The position numbers were made by a program, and so were the translations under genes. This document shows positions 34,362-46,404 of a stretch of DNA of 64,000 nucleotides, piece after piece (within the stretch, counting starts at the first letter, position 1; each line of letters begins with the position of its first letter). The DNA comes from a virus: positions 25,210-89,209 of IMG/VR virus record IMGVR_UViG_2922727739_000003, one strand, 5' to 3'. Under the pieces are notes generated by a model. The model did not search any database and was not told the origin of the DNA. It worked only from the letters and a program-made list of their open reading frames with translations.

Positions 34362-37197
34362 TTACTTACTTACTGGAACCCACTTCATTACCTTTACTTC
34401 TTTTAGTTCGACTTCATCACAATCAACGTCTTCTTCATACTCCCACGGGCTTTCATCTTGCATTTCTGTAGCCCCCTCAGAATAATGTGTCTGATAGAAC
34501 TTACCCTGATGTTCGAATATAATGTTATGATGAATACTCCAGCGAGATGTATCTGTGATTTCATCGACCAAGGCAGTATCTGGCAAGTCTAATTCATTAA
34601 TTAAATAGTTTTTCTTAAACTTCATAGTTGCTCACTCCATATCCTTTACAATGTTCGCACTCAATTAATGGCTTATTGATAACTTTCATAAGCCCATCTA
34701 AAAATTTTTGTATATTCTGTTTCAAATCTTCTTCATTTTTTCCTGCAAACGGTTCTATGACTGGGTAACGGTCATATGACTTTGGAGAAGTTTCATATAC
34801 CTTTACTGTTCTAGATCTTGTATATCTTGTCTCGTATTTTGGTTTACGCTTTCCTACGTTAACTCTATATTCTTCTGGTTCATGCTCGATATTTTTACTG
34901 ACAGTAAAACAAAAGTCGTAGTCACTTGTAATGGTTGCCCACCTTGGATCAATATTTGCTTTTATGTATTTGCGAACAATATTGTAGCTTTCTTGTCTTG
35001 ATAGTGTGCATGGTCGAGTTGATAACAGCACAGGATGTGTAATGATTTGATCTAAAACTGAGTGTTGTAGATTGTAGTCGCTTCGGACAATTTCAAAATC
35101 TGAGTCTTCTACGATGACATTCAACTCAAACTCTACTTCTACCAACTTTGGTTCAGTTAATTCATATCTCAGATCATATAGACCATAAACTGACTCATAC
35201 TGTCCTTCTTCACTAAAATCTTGAGACCGAAGCACTTTGGGCAATCCAGTACTATAATGTGCTTCTTTAAGTTCATATCTAGTATTGATTCGTTCTGAAG
35301 GCAATTTCTTTTGGATCAATTCTGGAACCTCTTTAATCTCAAACCAATCTGCTTTAAATGTCGGAACTGGCTTAACGCCGTCGAATATAAGCTCTTTAAT
35401 TTTAGTGTAATGATACGAACCATTATTTATGTTATCTGATACATACACCCTACTTTTAGTTTTAATCACAATCAATTTGAGCTTGTCGTCATGTGTTGAT
35501 TTCTTATTACTCAATTACCTCTCTCCTTTTCATATCAAATTTACATTTGCTCATCATCATAATCTTGAGGATTTAATAGATAATCATTGACTATCTCTTT
35601 TAGCTGTTTAATCTTTTCTCTGACAGTTTCTTCTGAGTCCTCAAAACTTGATATGAATTCAAATCCAGTTGGCGTATAAATTGTATAATATAATGTACTC
35701 CAACCACCCAAGGACTTTTCACGTGTTGCTTGCAACTTAAATCCTTTATAGTTAACTTTCATTTAATTATTTATTCCTTCCACTCAAGAGCTATGCAGCC
35801 ATAATAATTGCTTCCTGTCAAAGAGTGTCCATCTGGAACACTTGACTTCAACTTTGAAATGGCATCCTCAGGATCGTTTAATTTGACTGCTTGGTCATAA
35901 ACTGTGAAATGCACCTTTTTTGAAATTGAATCTTTACTCGGTTTGTAACTACCTACTTTTTTACAAGCAAGACGGTAATAACTCTGATCGCCATATTTCT
36001 TTATGCCATCGAATAAATTACCTTGGTATGCACCCAAATGCTTTGTACTTCGTCCTTCACAATCTCCTTCTGTTGAAAATTCCCAAATACCATTAACATC
36101 GAAATGTTCAGACTCCATTACTTTTAATAGGGCAGCTTTTTCCTCTACTTCTTTACGCAGCCTATCCATTTCTTCATATATAGTCATTGCAATCCTCCTT
36201 TCGGTAAAAGTCCTCTTTTATTTGCTATCATTAGTGTTATAATTCTTTAAGTAACAATCGAACATGGGAGGTTATTATGGATAAGCATTTGGTTTTAACT
36301 GAATTACTAATGGCTATACATGGAGTAAATAGTTTGGAGAAACATGATGAATTCCCTGAATTAATACTTGATAACCTTTGGAACGCTGTCAAAGAATTAT
36401 GTGGCATTAAAGCTGAAGGTCGCTTTAGCAACAAAGTCTTAGAATATGTACTAGATGAACTAAAACGTATTGATACTGCTAATGAAGATCCCTATGAAGA
36501 CCTTATTGAATACTTAACTACTTCAAAAATTGAAATGAACGGTGGTTACTAGCACCTTACGGTGCTTTTTTTTTGATAAAGTTTCTATTTGATCAGATTC
36601 AAATAAATAGAACAAGCTAGAATAAAAGCTACAATATCGTCGATAGTTCTAGGCGTAATTGTGCCATAAAACATTTTTTCTGCAATCGTCCATAGAAGAC
36701 CTATCACGCAGTAAATTACCAATACATTAACAAAATCAATGATAAAAAGAAGTGTGCCAGTAAAAAAGTTAACCAAAAATATAAACACCCCTTTCTAAGC
36801 AATTAGCATTGTTGCTTCTATTTACTTCAACTAAAATTGCGATTTTAGCGTCTTTTATTCTTCACGTTCATAATTTATTTTTGCATTATTCGTTTCTTCC
36901 AATTCCCACTCGACAACTCCATCAACATTAAATAACTCATGGCCGATCTGACCAACAATATCATTTCCATGCTGTAGTTCTTCTTCGTCGAAAATTATGT
37001 ATCCTTTAATCTCTACTTTCCGCATTTTTTAAATCCTCACCTTGAGACTTCATTTCTTCTACTTTTGTGGCTATCATACGGGTTCCACTAGCCAAAACAT
37101 AAAAAATTTCTTCCAAATCTTCAAGAGAGTCAATAAATCCCTCAGCTTCTAGATTAACACGATCATTTTCATCAATATTGAGAATAATTTGTTTCAA
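34362..37197 (-). other. Hypothetical ORFs (34362-34625, 34615-35514, 35541-35762, 35771-36187, 36585-36788, 37006-37197)
   Basis: ORF track, SD motifs. Confidence 0.65.
36277..36552 (+). CDS. Lone plus-strand hypothetical protein with its own expression signals
   Basis: Extended -10 TGtTATAAT upstream, SD GGGAGG, terminator agcaccttacggtgctttttttt right after the stop. Confidence 0.7.
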   Translation: MDKHLVLTELLMAIHGVNSLEKHDEFPELILDNLWNAVKELCGIKAEGRFSNKVLEYVLDELKRIDTANEDPYEDLIEYLTTSKIEMNGGY

Positions 37198-37224
37198 TTC
37201 GAATTGCTCCTTCGCTTCGTAAAA

Positions 37225-38010
37225 TCACGATTTCAATAATAGTTTCTCTTTAATTCTATTCAGCTCAATTTCTATTTCTCTTTTTCCTTTTCCAAGTAAG
37301 AGCAGGGACGCAACCGTCTTTTCCGCTTTAACAATCTTTCTAAGATCATCTGTGCTTAAATAATCTCTGGGAGTAGCTTTTGGGTCGTCTACTCCATACA
37401 TTTCTCTAAGCCCTTGGGCGTTGGTGTCAAATAAAACTTTGTAAACCATATCCGTTATAGCACCGTAAGCTCGTCCCTTTTTCATCGTTCCTTCGTAAAA
37501 ATCTCTGATTGCATCTGTAAGTTCTCTTCGCTCTCGTCGGGAAATTTCTCTTTCAATTGCCCATTGTTTTTGTTCTTTATCAGTTATTTCCTCAATATTG
37601 AGAAGATAATGTCTTATAGTTTTTGCTACTTCGGATTCAGTCAAAAGCATCCCTATTCGCAAAATCCCTCTTCTGCTGATGAGGGTAAGTGAGTTTATTC
37701 CCTTAAACGCTCCTTCATCATGCAGGAGCGTCTTAAAATCTCTTAAGAATTGAGCTTTTAAAATTCTTAACTCCCCGTACTCATTAAATTCATCTCTGTG
37801 TCGTTTGATGGTAGCTTCAATAGTTTTAGTTGATACCTCATAATACTCAGAAACAGATTTAATAGTTGTCTCAGAAGTGTTATCTATTAGAGTTACAGCT
37901 TTTACCTTCTCAAGCACACTATCCTTAAAAACTAATTCATCTCTCATGGTTTTACTTTCAGTTAATATAATCTCGTTTTTCTCATTGATCTCAAACTCTA
38001 TCCGATCCAT
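37225..38010 (-). CDS. Putative phage DNA-binding/antirepressor-type protein
   Basis: VSEYYEV...ISRRGILRIGMLLTESEVAK and RRELTDAI...RDYL patterns seen in phage regulatory proteins; family not pinned down. Confidence 0.5.
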   Translation of the reverse strand: MDRIEFEINEKNEIILTESKTMRDELVFKDSVLEKVKAVTLIDNTSETTIKSVSEYYEVSTKTIEATIKRHRDEFNEYGELRILKAQFLRDFKTLLHDEGAFKGINSLTLISRRGILRIGMLLTESEVAKTIRHYLLNIEEITDKEQKQWAIEREISRRERRELTDAIRDFYEGTMKKGRAYGAITDMVYKVLFDTNAQGLREMYGVDDPKATPRDYLSTDDLRKIVKAEKTVASLLLLGKGKREIEIELNRIKEKLLLKS

Positions 38011-38061
38011 TACTTAATTCTCCTTTAATTAACATAGTAAGTTCTACATAAAATTCTTATT

Positions 38062-41000
38062 TTATAAATGCTTATCCTTGTGATGCTTAATAACTTTAAC
38101 TTCCCCTGCTCTTTCACGAAAAAAGTCACAACCATAGCAATTATTATCGCCGTTTGATTCGTCAATGTATCCATTTTCATCACCGAATGCCCCAATAGAG
38201 CATTCGCTGTGCTTGCTACCACTATCGTATTCATGAATCTCTACCTTAGCACATTTTGGAAATCTGTCTTTGTAAGCCGCTATTTGACGAGGAGAATACA
38301 TTCCATATTCTTCATACTCTTCATCAGTTAATTCGCCTCTTGCTTTACGAATCCAAATTTCTGTTGGTAAATATGTATTAGAACCACTATTATATACTTT
38401 CTCTTGCCCTTCTATTTCAAACGTATCTACAATTCCGCATAAACAATCATCACAAATTGTAAATTCAACATCACATCCATCAAGTGAGCTGCCATACCCC
38501 ATTCTTCCAAGATTGACTGTGTGCCATTGCTCTTGATTAGTAAATGCCCAATCGTCTTTTACATTCCAAGTTTCTGTTTTACCACATTTATAGCACCATC
38601 TTGTCTCTTCTGTGCAACAATTTACTTCGTGGGTAGCGCAAATCCCCTCATCTGTAAAAATCTCTTCACATTTTTCACATTGAAACTGTTGATTTATTTT
38701 CACAAAACCACTTCCTATGTATTTTTAGTTGCTATAGTTCTCATTCTTTCAGCAGCAGCCTGTCTTTGTTCAGGTGTCCAGTTACGACCATTACTCTTAG
38801 CACGGAATGAAACCTGTCCATAATCACCCTTGAAGTAGTGACCACCATCTGCATCAACTCGAAGCAATTCTAAACCAGCCTTTTTGATTTTTGTGATTGT
38901 TTTAGGGGAGCAACTGTACACTTCCCACTCATTTGTTTCATCGTTACAGACACATACTGTTTCACGCTCTTCTGCTGTAGCCATTTTCCACATCCTCTCT
39001 ATTTGCTCGTTTTAAACTTCACTTAATAATATCTTCTAAATTTATTTTCATATGTTCAAGATCAACTGATCCCTCACCCAGTAAATTATTTGCTTTTTGT
39101 GCAATTTGAAATGACAGTAGTCGTTCTGAGTTGCTTCGAATACTTCCATATTCCTCTTCTATTCTGTCGCATTGATCAATTATCATTTTTAGTTCTTGAT
39201 TAGTGAATTGATTCATTTGTTCACCCTGACTTTCATAAATCCCAATCATTCCGTTTTTATAGGCTTGTAATACACAAGAAGGACATAGTTCATTGGCATA
39301 ATTACTATCAAAATCAATTAAATTAGGTTTAATTGCTGGCTTATCATTATGATACCCACCTATCCAAAAGCTCCCAGAGTTGCATAGTGAATGATATACA
39401 CGTTCACCGATATTACTCAAAATATGATACTTATGTTGTTTATTTTTAGCGGTTTGTGTGTGATAAATCTTCATTGTGCCTCCTCTAGTAAAATTCATTA
39501 CAGACTCAAACTAATATGTATTCTTTCTGATTTCACTCTTTTTACCTCTAAGCGAATCAATAATTCTTTGTGCTATTTGTGCGTTTTGTGTTTTTGGAAC
39601 TTGTGCATTCTCACACATTGTCTCATCTTTGCTGAATATTTTTTCATGTTGAAGCTCTCGATTTATACGCCGTTCATCCTCTCTTCCTTTCAAATACGCT
39701 TTTCTCAATTCAATTTGCTTGCCGGCTTCTTTTTTGCTTTCCTTGTCTTCATATTCAATATTTACATAATAGTACATCGTGCCATCGGCACCATGTTTCA
39801 CCTTTGAAATTGCATACTCTTTTTCGTCAACCTCAATAAAATCACCTACTTTCAATAAACTATGAAAGTCATAAGTTTCTTTAATAACAATATCCTCAAG
39901 TTTCTTGGTGTTTGTGCGCAAAACTCCCGGCGAGTCAGTTAATGCGTAATCATACTTCAATACCTCATCAATCTTTGGCAATAAATCTCTATACCAACTA
40001 ATTTGAGTTCCCATGTAAAATTCATTCTTGTGTCTTTTAGCTATAATAATTGACTTCATTTGCAATTCCCCTTTTAGTGCAAAAGTTTCATTTTATTAAC
40101 TGTCCTATATGGATATATCCCAATCCATTAACTAAATTAATAAACTCAACTCTGATCCAATCCTCAGAAGTAGTCCAGTTTAGAATTTGTATCTGTCTAG
40201 GCAAGGAGGGATATAATTCCTTGCTTTTATCTTTTAATAAGTACTCCAAATATTCGTCAAAGTCATTGTAGGATTCTATTATGCGTTCTTGTTTATTTTT
40301 GCGATCTGTTACTTCATAATGTTCCTCATAAATACGTACCATATATCAACTCTTTTCTGCTTAAAATGCTGACTTCATTTAATATCTACTTCAATATGTA
40401 TTTTATTTTTATTAATTGACTTCAACGAAGTACCTAGATTCATCTCTAAATCTTTTTCTAGCGATACCTCTTCTTTTCCCTCAAAGTATTCTCTAATCAT
40501 TTCTTTTGCAAAGTTTATAATTAGTTCTTGGTTAGCAATCAATTCAACACATTTTTCAAGAAATGAGCTTCGCAATTCGTTACTCCAATCATGTATAATA
40601 ATATATTTTTTTAGTCTGATCTTCTTAAACTTTCCATGGCATTTGAATGCCACTTTAATTTTTAGTGAGTCAATTTTACAGTCCCCATTGTACCCTGCAC
40701 TGATAGACACATCTGCTTTAACTTTCACCGTTATCCTCCAATTCCCAATCTTCAACTCTCTCTGACTTTTGAAGCATATACTCTCACATATTAGTCTTTT
40801 TCTTGATCAAAGATCGATTTTATTTACACATCACTTTTTAATTGATCTAATATTGTTCTATAATCAGAGACCTTTTCTTTGTAAATTTCAATTCTACTTT
40901 GAACTAACTCCAACTTATGCCCCAAATCTTCCTTTTCTCTCTCTAAATCAGGAATAAAATTTTCGTAGTAGTCTAACTGCTGCTCAATAAAATTTTTTGC

Positions 41001-42782
41001 GCTTTGAACACTCAGATAAATCTCTCCTTTCTATGTAAAATATCAATTTTACTTAAAATCAAAATACTCTTGATTTAGTCTCTGATATAACTTCTCGATC
41101 TGCTCCAAAACCTCAACCGTTTGGGTATCTAATTTAATGCCTGCCAGCCTATATTTATCATATCCTTGAATTGCTATCATTAAAGATGCGAATACAACCG
41201 ATAGCTCGTCGTCTGACAATAATACATTATTTTGCATTTTAATTATCCTCTCTTTAATACGATGATTTCTTAAATTCTTTAATCCAGCCCACTAAGCCTT
41301 TTGATTTAATAGACAATTCCCCTCCAACAATACCAGTCCACACTAATACAACTCCGAACAACCATGAGAGAAAAGCTAACGACCAAGCGAAGCCTCCCGT
41401 TAACGTAATTTTTGCATCTGGGAAAATAACTGAGAACACAACAAACGGTACTGCTAATAAATAAATAAGCCAATTCTCCTCTAGATGTTTTTTCATTTAT
41501 TCGCTCCAACAAAGCAATTGTGGCTTGCTGTATTCAAAATCAGACAAAAATTCTCTCCATGTAGTCTCATTGCCTTCAAAGCTGCCTTTTGTTTCCATAT
41601 CTATCACTCTTACTGTCGGTTGTTCATCGTTTTCATATTTATCCGCTCCACGCGAGAAATGTTCTTCCAGTGCCTCCTGATGGGTTTGAGCGGCAATAAA
41701 TTCCCGTTCACCATCATATTCAAGTTCAAATACATCATAATTAATTTTCATATGAGTTTTACTCCCTTAGTTATATTTTTTTATAGTAGTGAATCAAATC
41801 TTTATTTTACAAGTCGCAATTGCTTTAGAGAAACCGAAACATTGGGATACGTTACTGTTCCTTTTAGAAAACAATCATCACAATCAGGACTCCATACAAC
41901 TGTTACTCCGTCATCATCGATGTTATCTACAATACCTTCAATCCCCATAAGAGATACTACTTGTTTTATGTATTTTTTCTTAATTTCTTCAACTACCAAA
42001 TTCCACGCTCTGCCCATGTATAAATCTCACCTCTCATTTTGCATGGTATACTTTACTAATTTAATGTCAAATGAATATCTTTACTCTTAACAATCTCAAT
42101 AATATCCTCTTCATTCACTGTTCTTCCAATGGACACGTCATCAATATCATCAGTCCATCTCAATAAATCTGCGCCTTGATGCTCTAAATAAACAAATCCA
42201 TATAGCTGACTATTCTTGTCATACACAATCAAAATATAACTTCCTTGAGCAGTAATCAAAATATCTCCATCTTCAGCTTTCACTTTTTTAATTTCTTTAT
42301 TATTTATGATTTTCATAAATCTCTCCCTATTTTTAATTCAACAAATAATCTTTATTGTTCAAACTATAATAGTACTGTCTATCTTCTTTCCTAACTTCCA
42401 GTATGTGATTCCAAACAAGATCGCCCAGCGATGCTTCAACAAGCCATTTTTTGTGTTTATCAAAACGGTTTAAAAGAACACTTCTCTCAACGCAATTCTC
42501 TGTTTTTACAATTTCAAGCATTTCTCTTTCGATATCCCATTGACCGTTTTGTCGCTTTTGCCATTCTTTATGTATGTCTCGCTCCTCGATGCTTCCACTA
42601 CACGCCTTACAAGCAGCAAAAGTAATTCCCGGCATTTTAATACTTGCTGTTTTTGAGTCAATATGACCGCAGCTTCTGCATTTGTATTTCTTAGGAGGTC
42701 GTGCTTTTAGTGTTCCCGTCTTAGTAAAAAGTTCATTCATATATTTTCTCCTTTTCTGATAAAGTCCAAGTTTTATTGGCAT
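38062..42782 (-). other. Long run of hypothetical ORFs (38062-38703, 38715-38993, 39019-39498, 39511-40065, 40088-40342, 40375-40755, 40824-41015, 41049-41237, 41254-41496, 41497-41751, 41802-42017, 42056-42316, 42333-42782)
   Basis: ORF track plus manual translation of 40824-41015 (CTG start). Confidence 0.65.
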
Positions 42783-43558
42783 TTCTTTAGTCGTTCATAT
42801 GTAATATCAATTGCTTTCTGGTTGATATCACAACCTATGTAAAATCTTTTTTGTTCACTTGCAACTTCAATTGTAGTGCCGCTGCCCATGAAGAAATCTG
42901 CCACCACATCGCCTTCGTTACTTGCAGCTAAAATTATGCGCCGTATAAGTTCTTTTGGTTTTTGAGTATCGTAACCAACTCTCTCCTTAGCTCTAGGATT
43001 TAGGAATGGAATGTCCCAAACATCGTCAATTTGTCGTTTGGTTTGAGGAAAATATTTGACAGATCCATCCTCATTTTTAATTACATCACCACTTTTATCT
43101 TTTCGGTTCTGATATAATCGTGGAGAATCCAAATCCTCATATTGATGATTTAATAAATTATTTCCTTTAGCATAGAACAAAATATTGTCGTGCATTGATT
43201 GGAATTTTGAGTTTGATCTAGCAGTCCATCTTTTATATCTCCAAACTATTTCATTTCTGAAATTCTCCAACCCGAATATTTCATCCATTTTAACTTTCAA
43301 ATAGTGGACCAAATGCCAATCACAGTGTAGAAAGATTGATCCACCATCCTTTAAAACTCTTTTCATTTCTATCAATCTTGGTTCGTACCAAGATATAGCT
43401 TCTCGTGGTGTACCTAGATTGTCACTAAAATCTTCAAACTTTCGTCCTGTGTTGTAAAGAATATCTGAATAAATAAGATTTACCGAATCTTCAGGCATAG
43501 ACTTAAGTAATTCCATGTTATCCATACAATATATTTTATTTATTTCTATTTCACTCAC
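42773..43558 (-). CDS. Beta-class N4-C/N6-A DNA methyltransferase with a DILY variant of motif IV
   Basis: IYSDILYNTG where DPPY is expected; YDTQKPKEL; DFFMGSGTT SAM-binding motif; no cognate restriction gene adjacent. Confidence 0.85.
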   Translation of the reverse strand: MSEIEINKIYCMDNMELLKSMPEDSVNLIYSDILYNTGRKFEDFSDNLGTPREAISWYEPRLIEMKRVLKDGGSIFLHCDWHLVHYLKVKMDEIFGLENFRNEIVWRYKRWTARSNSKFQSMHDNILFYAKGNNLLNHQYEDLDSPRLYQNRKDKSGDVIKNEDGSVKYFPQTKRQIDDVWDIPFLNPRAKERVGYDTQKPKELIRRIILAASNEGDVVADFFMGSGTTIEVASEQKRFYIGCDINQKAIDITYERLKKCQ

Positions 43559-44088
43559 CTCACTATCCCCGTAAAATACAGGTTTTACACAGAAACCACT
43601 ATAAAATTCGCTCTTATTGCTGCTTCGTCTAGAGCAACTAAATCATCAACAACGATACCTTCTTTGACTATTCTAGTTATACTAATCCTCTGCCCTTTTC
43701 TAAAGTTGTTCATGCAATCATGCTTTGCTTCTAGTGTCATACCAACTTCAAATATATCCAATTTCTTAGAAAGTTGGTTTATAAACTCTTGCACCTTTAA
43801 TCCATACTCAGTCCTTGATTCCTTTGCTGCTTCAATTACCTGACAAATATCCGAACCTCTTTCAACTACCTGCTTGACCATCTCGTCTACAGAAGTCTCA
43901 TTTATGTATTTAATAGTCTTAGTTCTGCTCATTAATATACATCCATTTTATCTTCAACAATCTGCTTCAAGTCATCAATCTTATCTCGTAATTCTTGGAG
44001 TTCTCCATAATCAATGTCATCCATATCTAAATACTTATATAAATCAGATAACCGTTCAAAATTAAATGCCAACATCGATATCCCTCCT

Positions 44089-44613
44089 TTAGTAATCTTG
44101 CTCTGTCTGGATTATTAGATCAATGATATTTACAGCTTTAACAAATTCATAATTAATAACTTGATAATCAAAGCGTTTCTTTCTAAATTTATAACCGTCT
44201 TCAGCAATACGTTTGAGGATTTTATCAACACTATCTCCTCTGTTTTTCATTCGCTCCATTCGAGTTTTCTTATCTACTTTTAGATAAATAGCTACAAATT
44301 CAACGTCTTTTACTGCTTCTTTTAGGTCTTTAATTCCGTCTGGATCTACCACATAAATATCAGTATTATAAATCTGATCTTTCGTACTAAAATAATGATT
44401 ACCATCAAAAAAACTGTAAGCTGCAACTTGGTTTTCTCTATCTAGTTGCTCATATATTTCGTTGGAAACGAAGATATGTCCCCATTCACCCTCATGTCTT
44501 GGTTGACGAGTTGTATAGGACTGGAGGATATTATATCCTCGTCCTTCCAATGCTTTAGCAACCTCCGTTTTCCCAGAACCTGAATATCCCATTAGCAAAA
44601 ATACTTTTTTCAT
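44089..44613 (-). CDS. Guanylate-kinase-like nucleotide kinase
   Basis: P-loop GYSGSGKT, SYTTRQPR, YVVDPDG, R-x-x-x-RGD. Confidence 0.85.
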   Translation of the reverse strand: MKKVFLLMGYSGSGKTEVAKALEGRGYNILQSYTTRQPRHEGEWGHIFVSNEIYEQLDRENQVAAYSFFDGNHYFSTKDQIYNTDIYVVDPDGIKDLKEAVKDVEFVAIYLKVDKKTRMERMKNRGDSVDKILKRIAEDGYKFRKKRFDYQVINYEFVKAVNIIDLIIQTEQDY

Positions 44614-45089
44614 TGGTTATCTCCCCACTTAATTACTCGTACTTTTACATGTTTCTTTCTACCAAATTGTCTTGCTTCACTTTCTGTCCTTACATATACA
44701 TCAATCTTATGGCCTTTAATGGCTCCACCTTTGTCCTGCACTACTCTTCTACCTACACCATCTATGTAAACTACCGTACCTTTAGGGAGCACCCTCCAGT
44801 CAGCAGCTATTGTTTCACCAGCCTTAGTCATCCTACCCGAAGCAGTTCTACCATAGTCTTTGCTGTGTACACTTCTTCCTTGATTATTGGTGTATGCTGT
44901 CAGCTCAAAGCGATCCCATTTATATGTATCTTTCTTGTTCTTAATTTGTTCAATCTTATCCAACTTAGTAACCTTTACTTCTTGCTTAATGGTCGTGTTT
45001 TTCATTTCTCGTACTTGATTGACACTTTGTGCTTCAGTGTTGTTGTATACTGATAGCGCCAATAGTAGAGAGAGGATTAGCTCACCCAA
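44610..45089 (-). CDS. Exported 3D-domain (lytic transglycosylase-like) protein
   Basis: Signal peptide; LTAY, TASG, IAAD, QDKGGAIKGHKIDVY. Confidence 0.88.
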   Translation of the reverse strand: MGELILSLLLALSVYNNTEAQSVNQVREMKNTTIKQEVKVTKLDKIEQIKNKKDTYKWDRFELTAYTNNQGRSVHSKDYGRTASGRMTKAGETIAADWRVLPKGTVVYIDGVGRRVVQDKGGAIKGHKIDVYVRTESEARQFGRKKHVKVRVIKWGDNQ

Positions 45090-45176
45090 CGTATCACGCT
45101 CCTGTTTTAGTATGAAGCCCCACTTTTATAGTGAGGCTATTTTCTGATCAAATCTGTCTTTTATGAGTTCTATGTA

Positions 45177-46322
45177 TTATTCGGGTAACTTAAAATTAGT
45201 AATGAATTCTACTGCATTAGAGAGTGCTTCAGTATCCGAAACTGTGGGATAAGAAGCTGTACCAAGGATCTTCTTGAATTCTGGAACGATAAACTCGGTT
45301 AGTTGAGCGTTTGTGAAACGTTCTTTCTGTTTATGAATTTTCTCAATTAGTTCATCTGCGGCTACTGTTGCCGATTCTGCTTCAGCAAATTCTTTAGCAT
45401 CTTCATTACGTTCTTGTTCTTGTTCAACTTTTAACTCCTGCACTGATTTAGTGGTTGTCTTTAGCTGCCCCTTGACTGCATCCTCAAAAACTTTAAGGAA
45501 ATTCTCTGCACTGTACTCAACTTTATCTGGTAGATCTGTAAATCTCCCACCACCAATTGAAATGTAGTTGGAAGGACGGAAATACATCACAACCTCACTC
45601 TTGTGGAATTTAGAGGCAATTTCTTTGCCGCTTTTATTCTTCTTATTTTCCTCAAGTTCATTTCCTTCCTTATCAGTTACAATAACTTCATTGAATAGAG
45701 TTGTGATTAGGTGGGCTTGAGATTCAAAAATATCTCTACCTGATTTACTTAAAGCCAATTCAATAGATTGGAATTTAACATCATCTATAGTTGTAGTTTC
45801 TCTTTCTTTAGTCCAACAAAGCCAGAAAAATCCATAACCGCTTTTTTTAAGGATGTCAATTTGTGTCCAGACTTCTTGCTTGGTAAGAGTGTGCCCATTT
45901 AGTTCTTTAACGCTCTCAGTGATATCTTGAAGAGAAACAAACTTTTTACCATATTTTTTTGTGTAGGTTTCAATAATATATTCTTCTGCCATGCTCCACA
46001 TACGATCAACGGTATCAATACCAAGAACCTTGGATACTCGTCCAGTAGCGGCCTCTTCAACGAGGTTTTTAACTACTACCTCTCGGAAAAACTTCCAATC
46101 GCGATTATGCATATCAATAATCGATTCTAGTTCCCAAGATGTGTACCCATCTTCAAAGGCAAGCAACAACCCTGCTTCTGGATCATTAGGGTAAAAGAGT
46201 TCCATTACCTCTTTCCAGAGCCTAGTCTTACCTGCTTTAAATCCACCAGCAACCAGCACATTATAGGCTTGCAGATCAACTTTAGGTACATTCTTCGAAA
46301 CAGCAGTTTTTCTCCAACTCAT
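45177..46322 (-). CDS. AAA-family ATPase (SPbeta YorG-like recombination/replication protein)
   Basis: P-loop GGFKAGKT, Walker B GIDT; paired with the upstream SSB-like gene. Confidence 0.7.
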   Translation of the reverse strand: MSWRKTAVSKNVPKVDLQAYNVLVAGGFKAGKTRLWKEVMELFYPNDPEAGLLLAFEDGYTSWELESIIDMHNRDWKFFREVVVKNLVEEAATGRVSKVLGIDTVDRMWSMAEEYIIETYTKKYGKKFVSLQDITESVKELNGHTLTKQEVWTQIDILKKSGYGFFWLCWTKERETTTIDDVKFQSIELALSKSGRDIFESQAHLITTLFNEVIVTDKEGNELEENKKNKSGKEIASKFHKSEVVMYFRPSNYISIGGGRFTDLPDKVEYSAENFLKVFEDAVKGQLKTTTKSVQELKVEQEQERNEDAKEFAEAESATVAADELIEKIHKQKERFTNAQLTEFIVPEFKKILGTASYPTVSDTEALSNAVEFITNFKLPE

Positions 46323-46404
46323 CTAATAAATCACTCCAAATATATTATTTTATCAATTTTTTTGTTAGGGAGTGCCAGAAGACACTCCACTTTGTTATTA
46401 GTAA

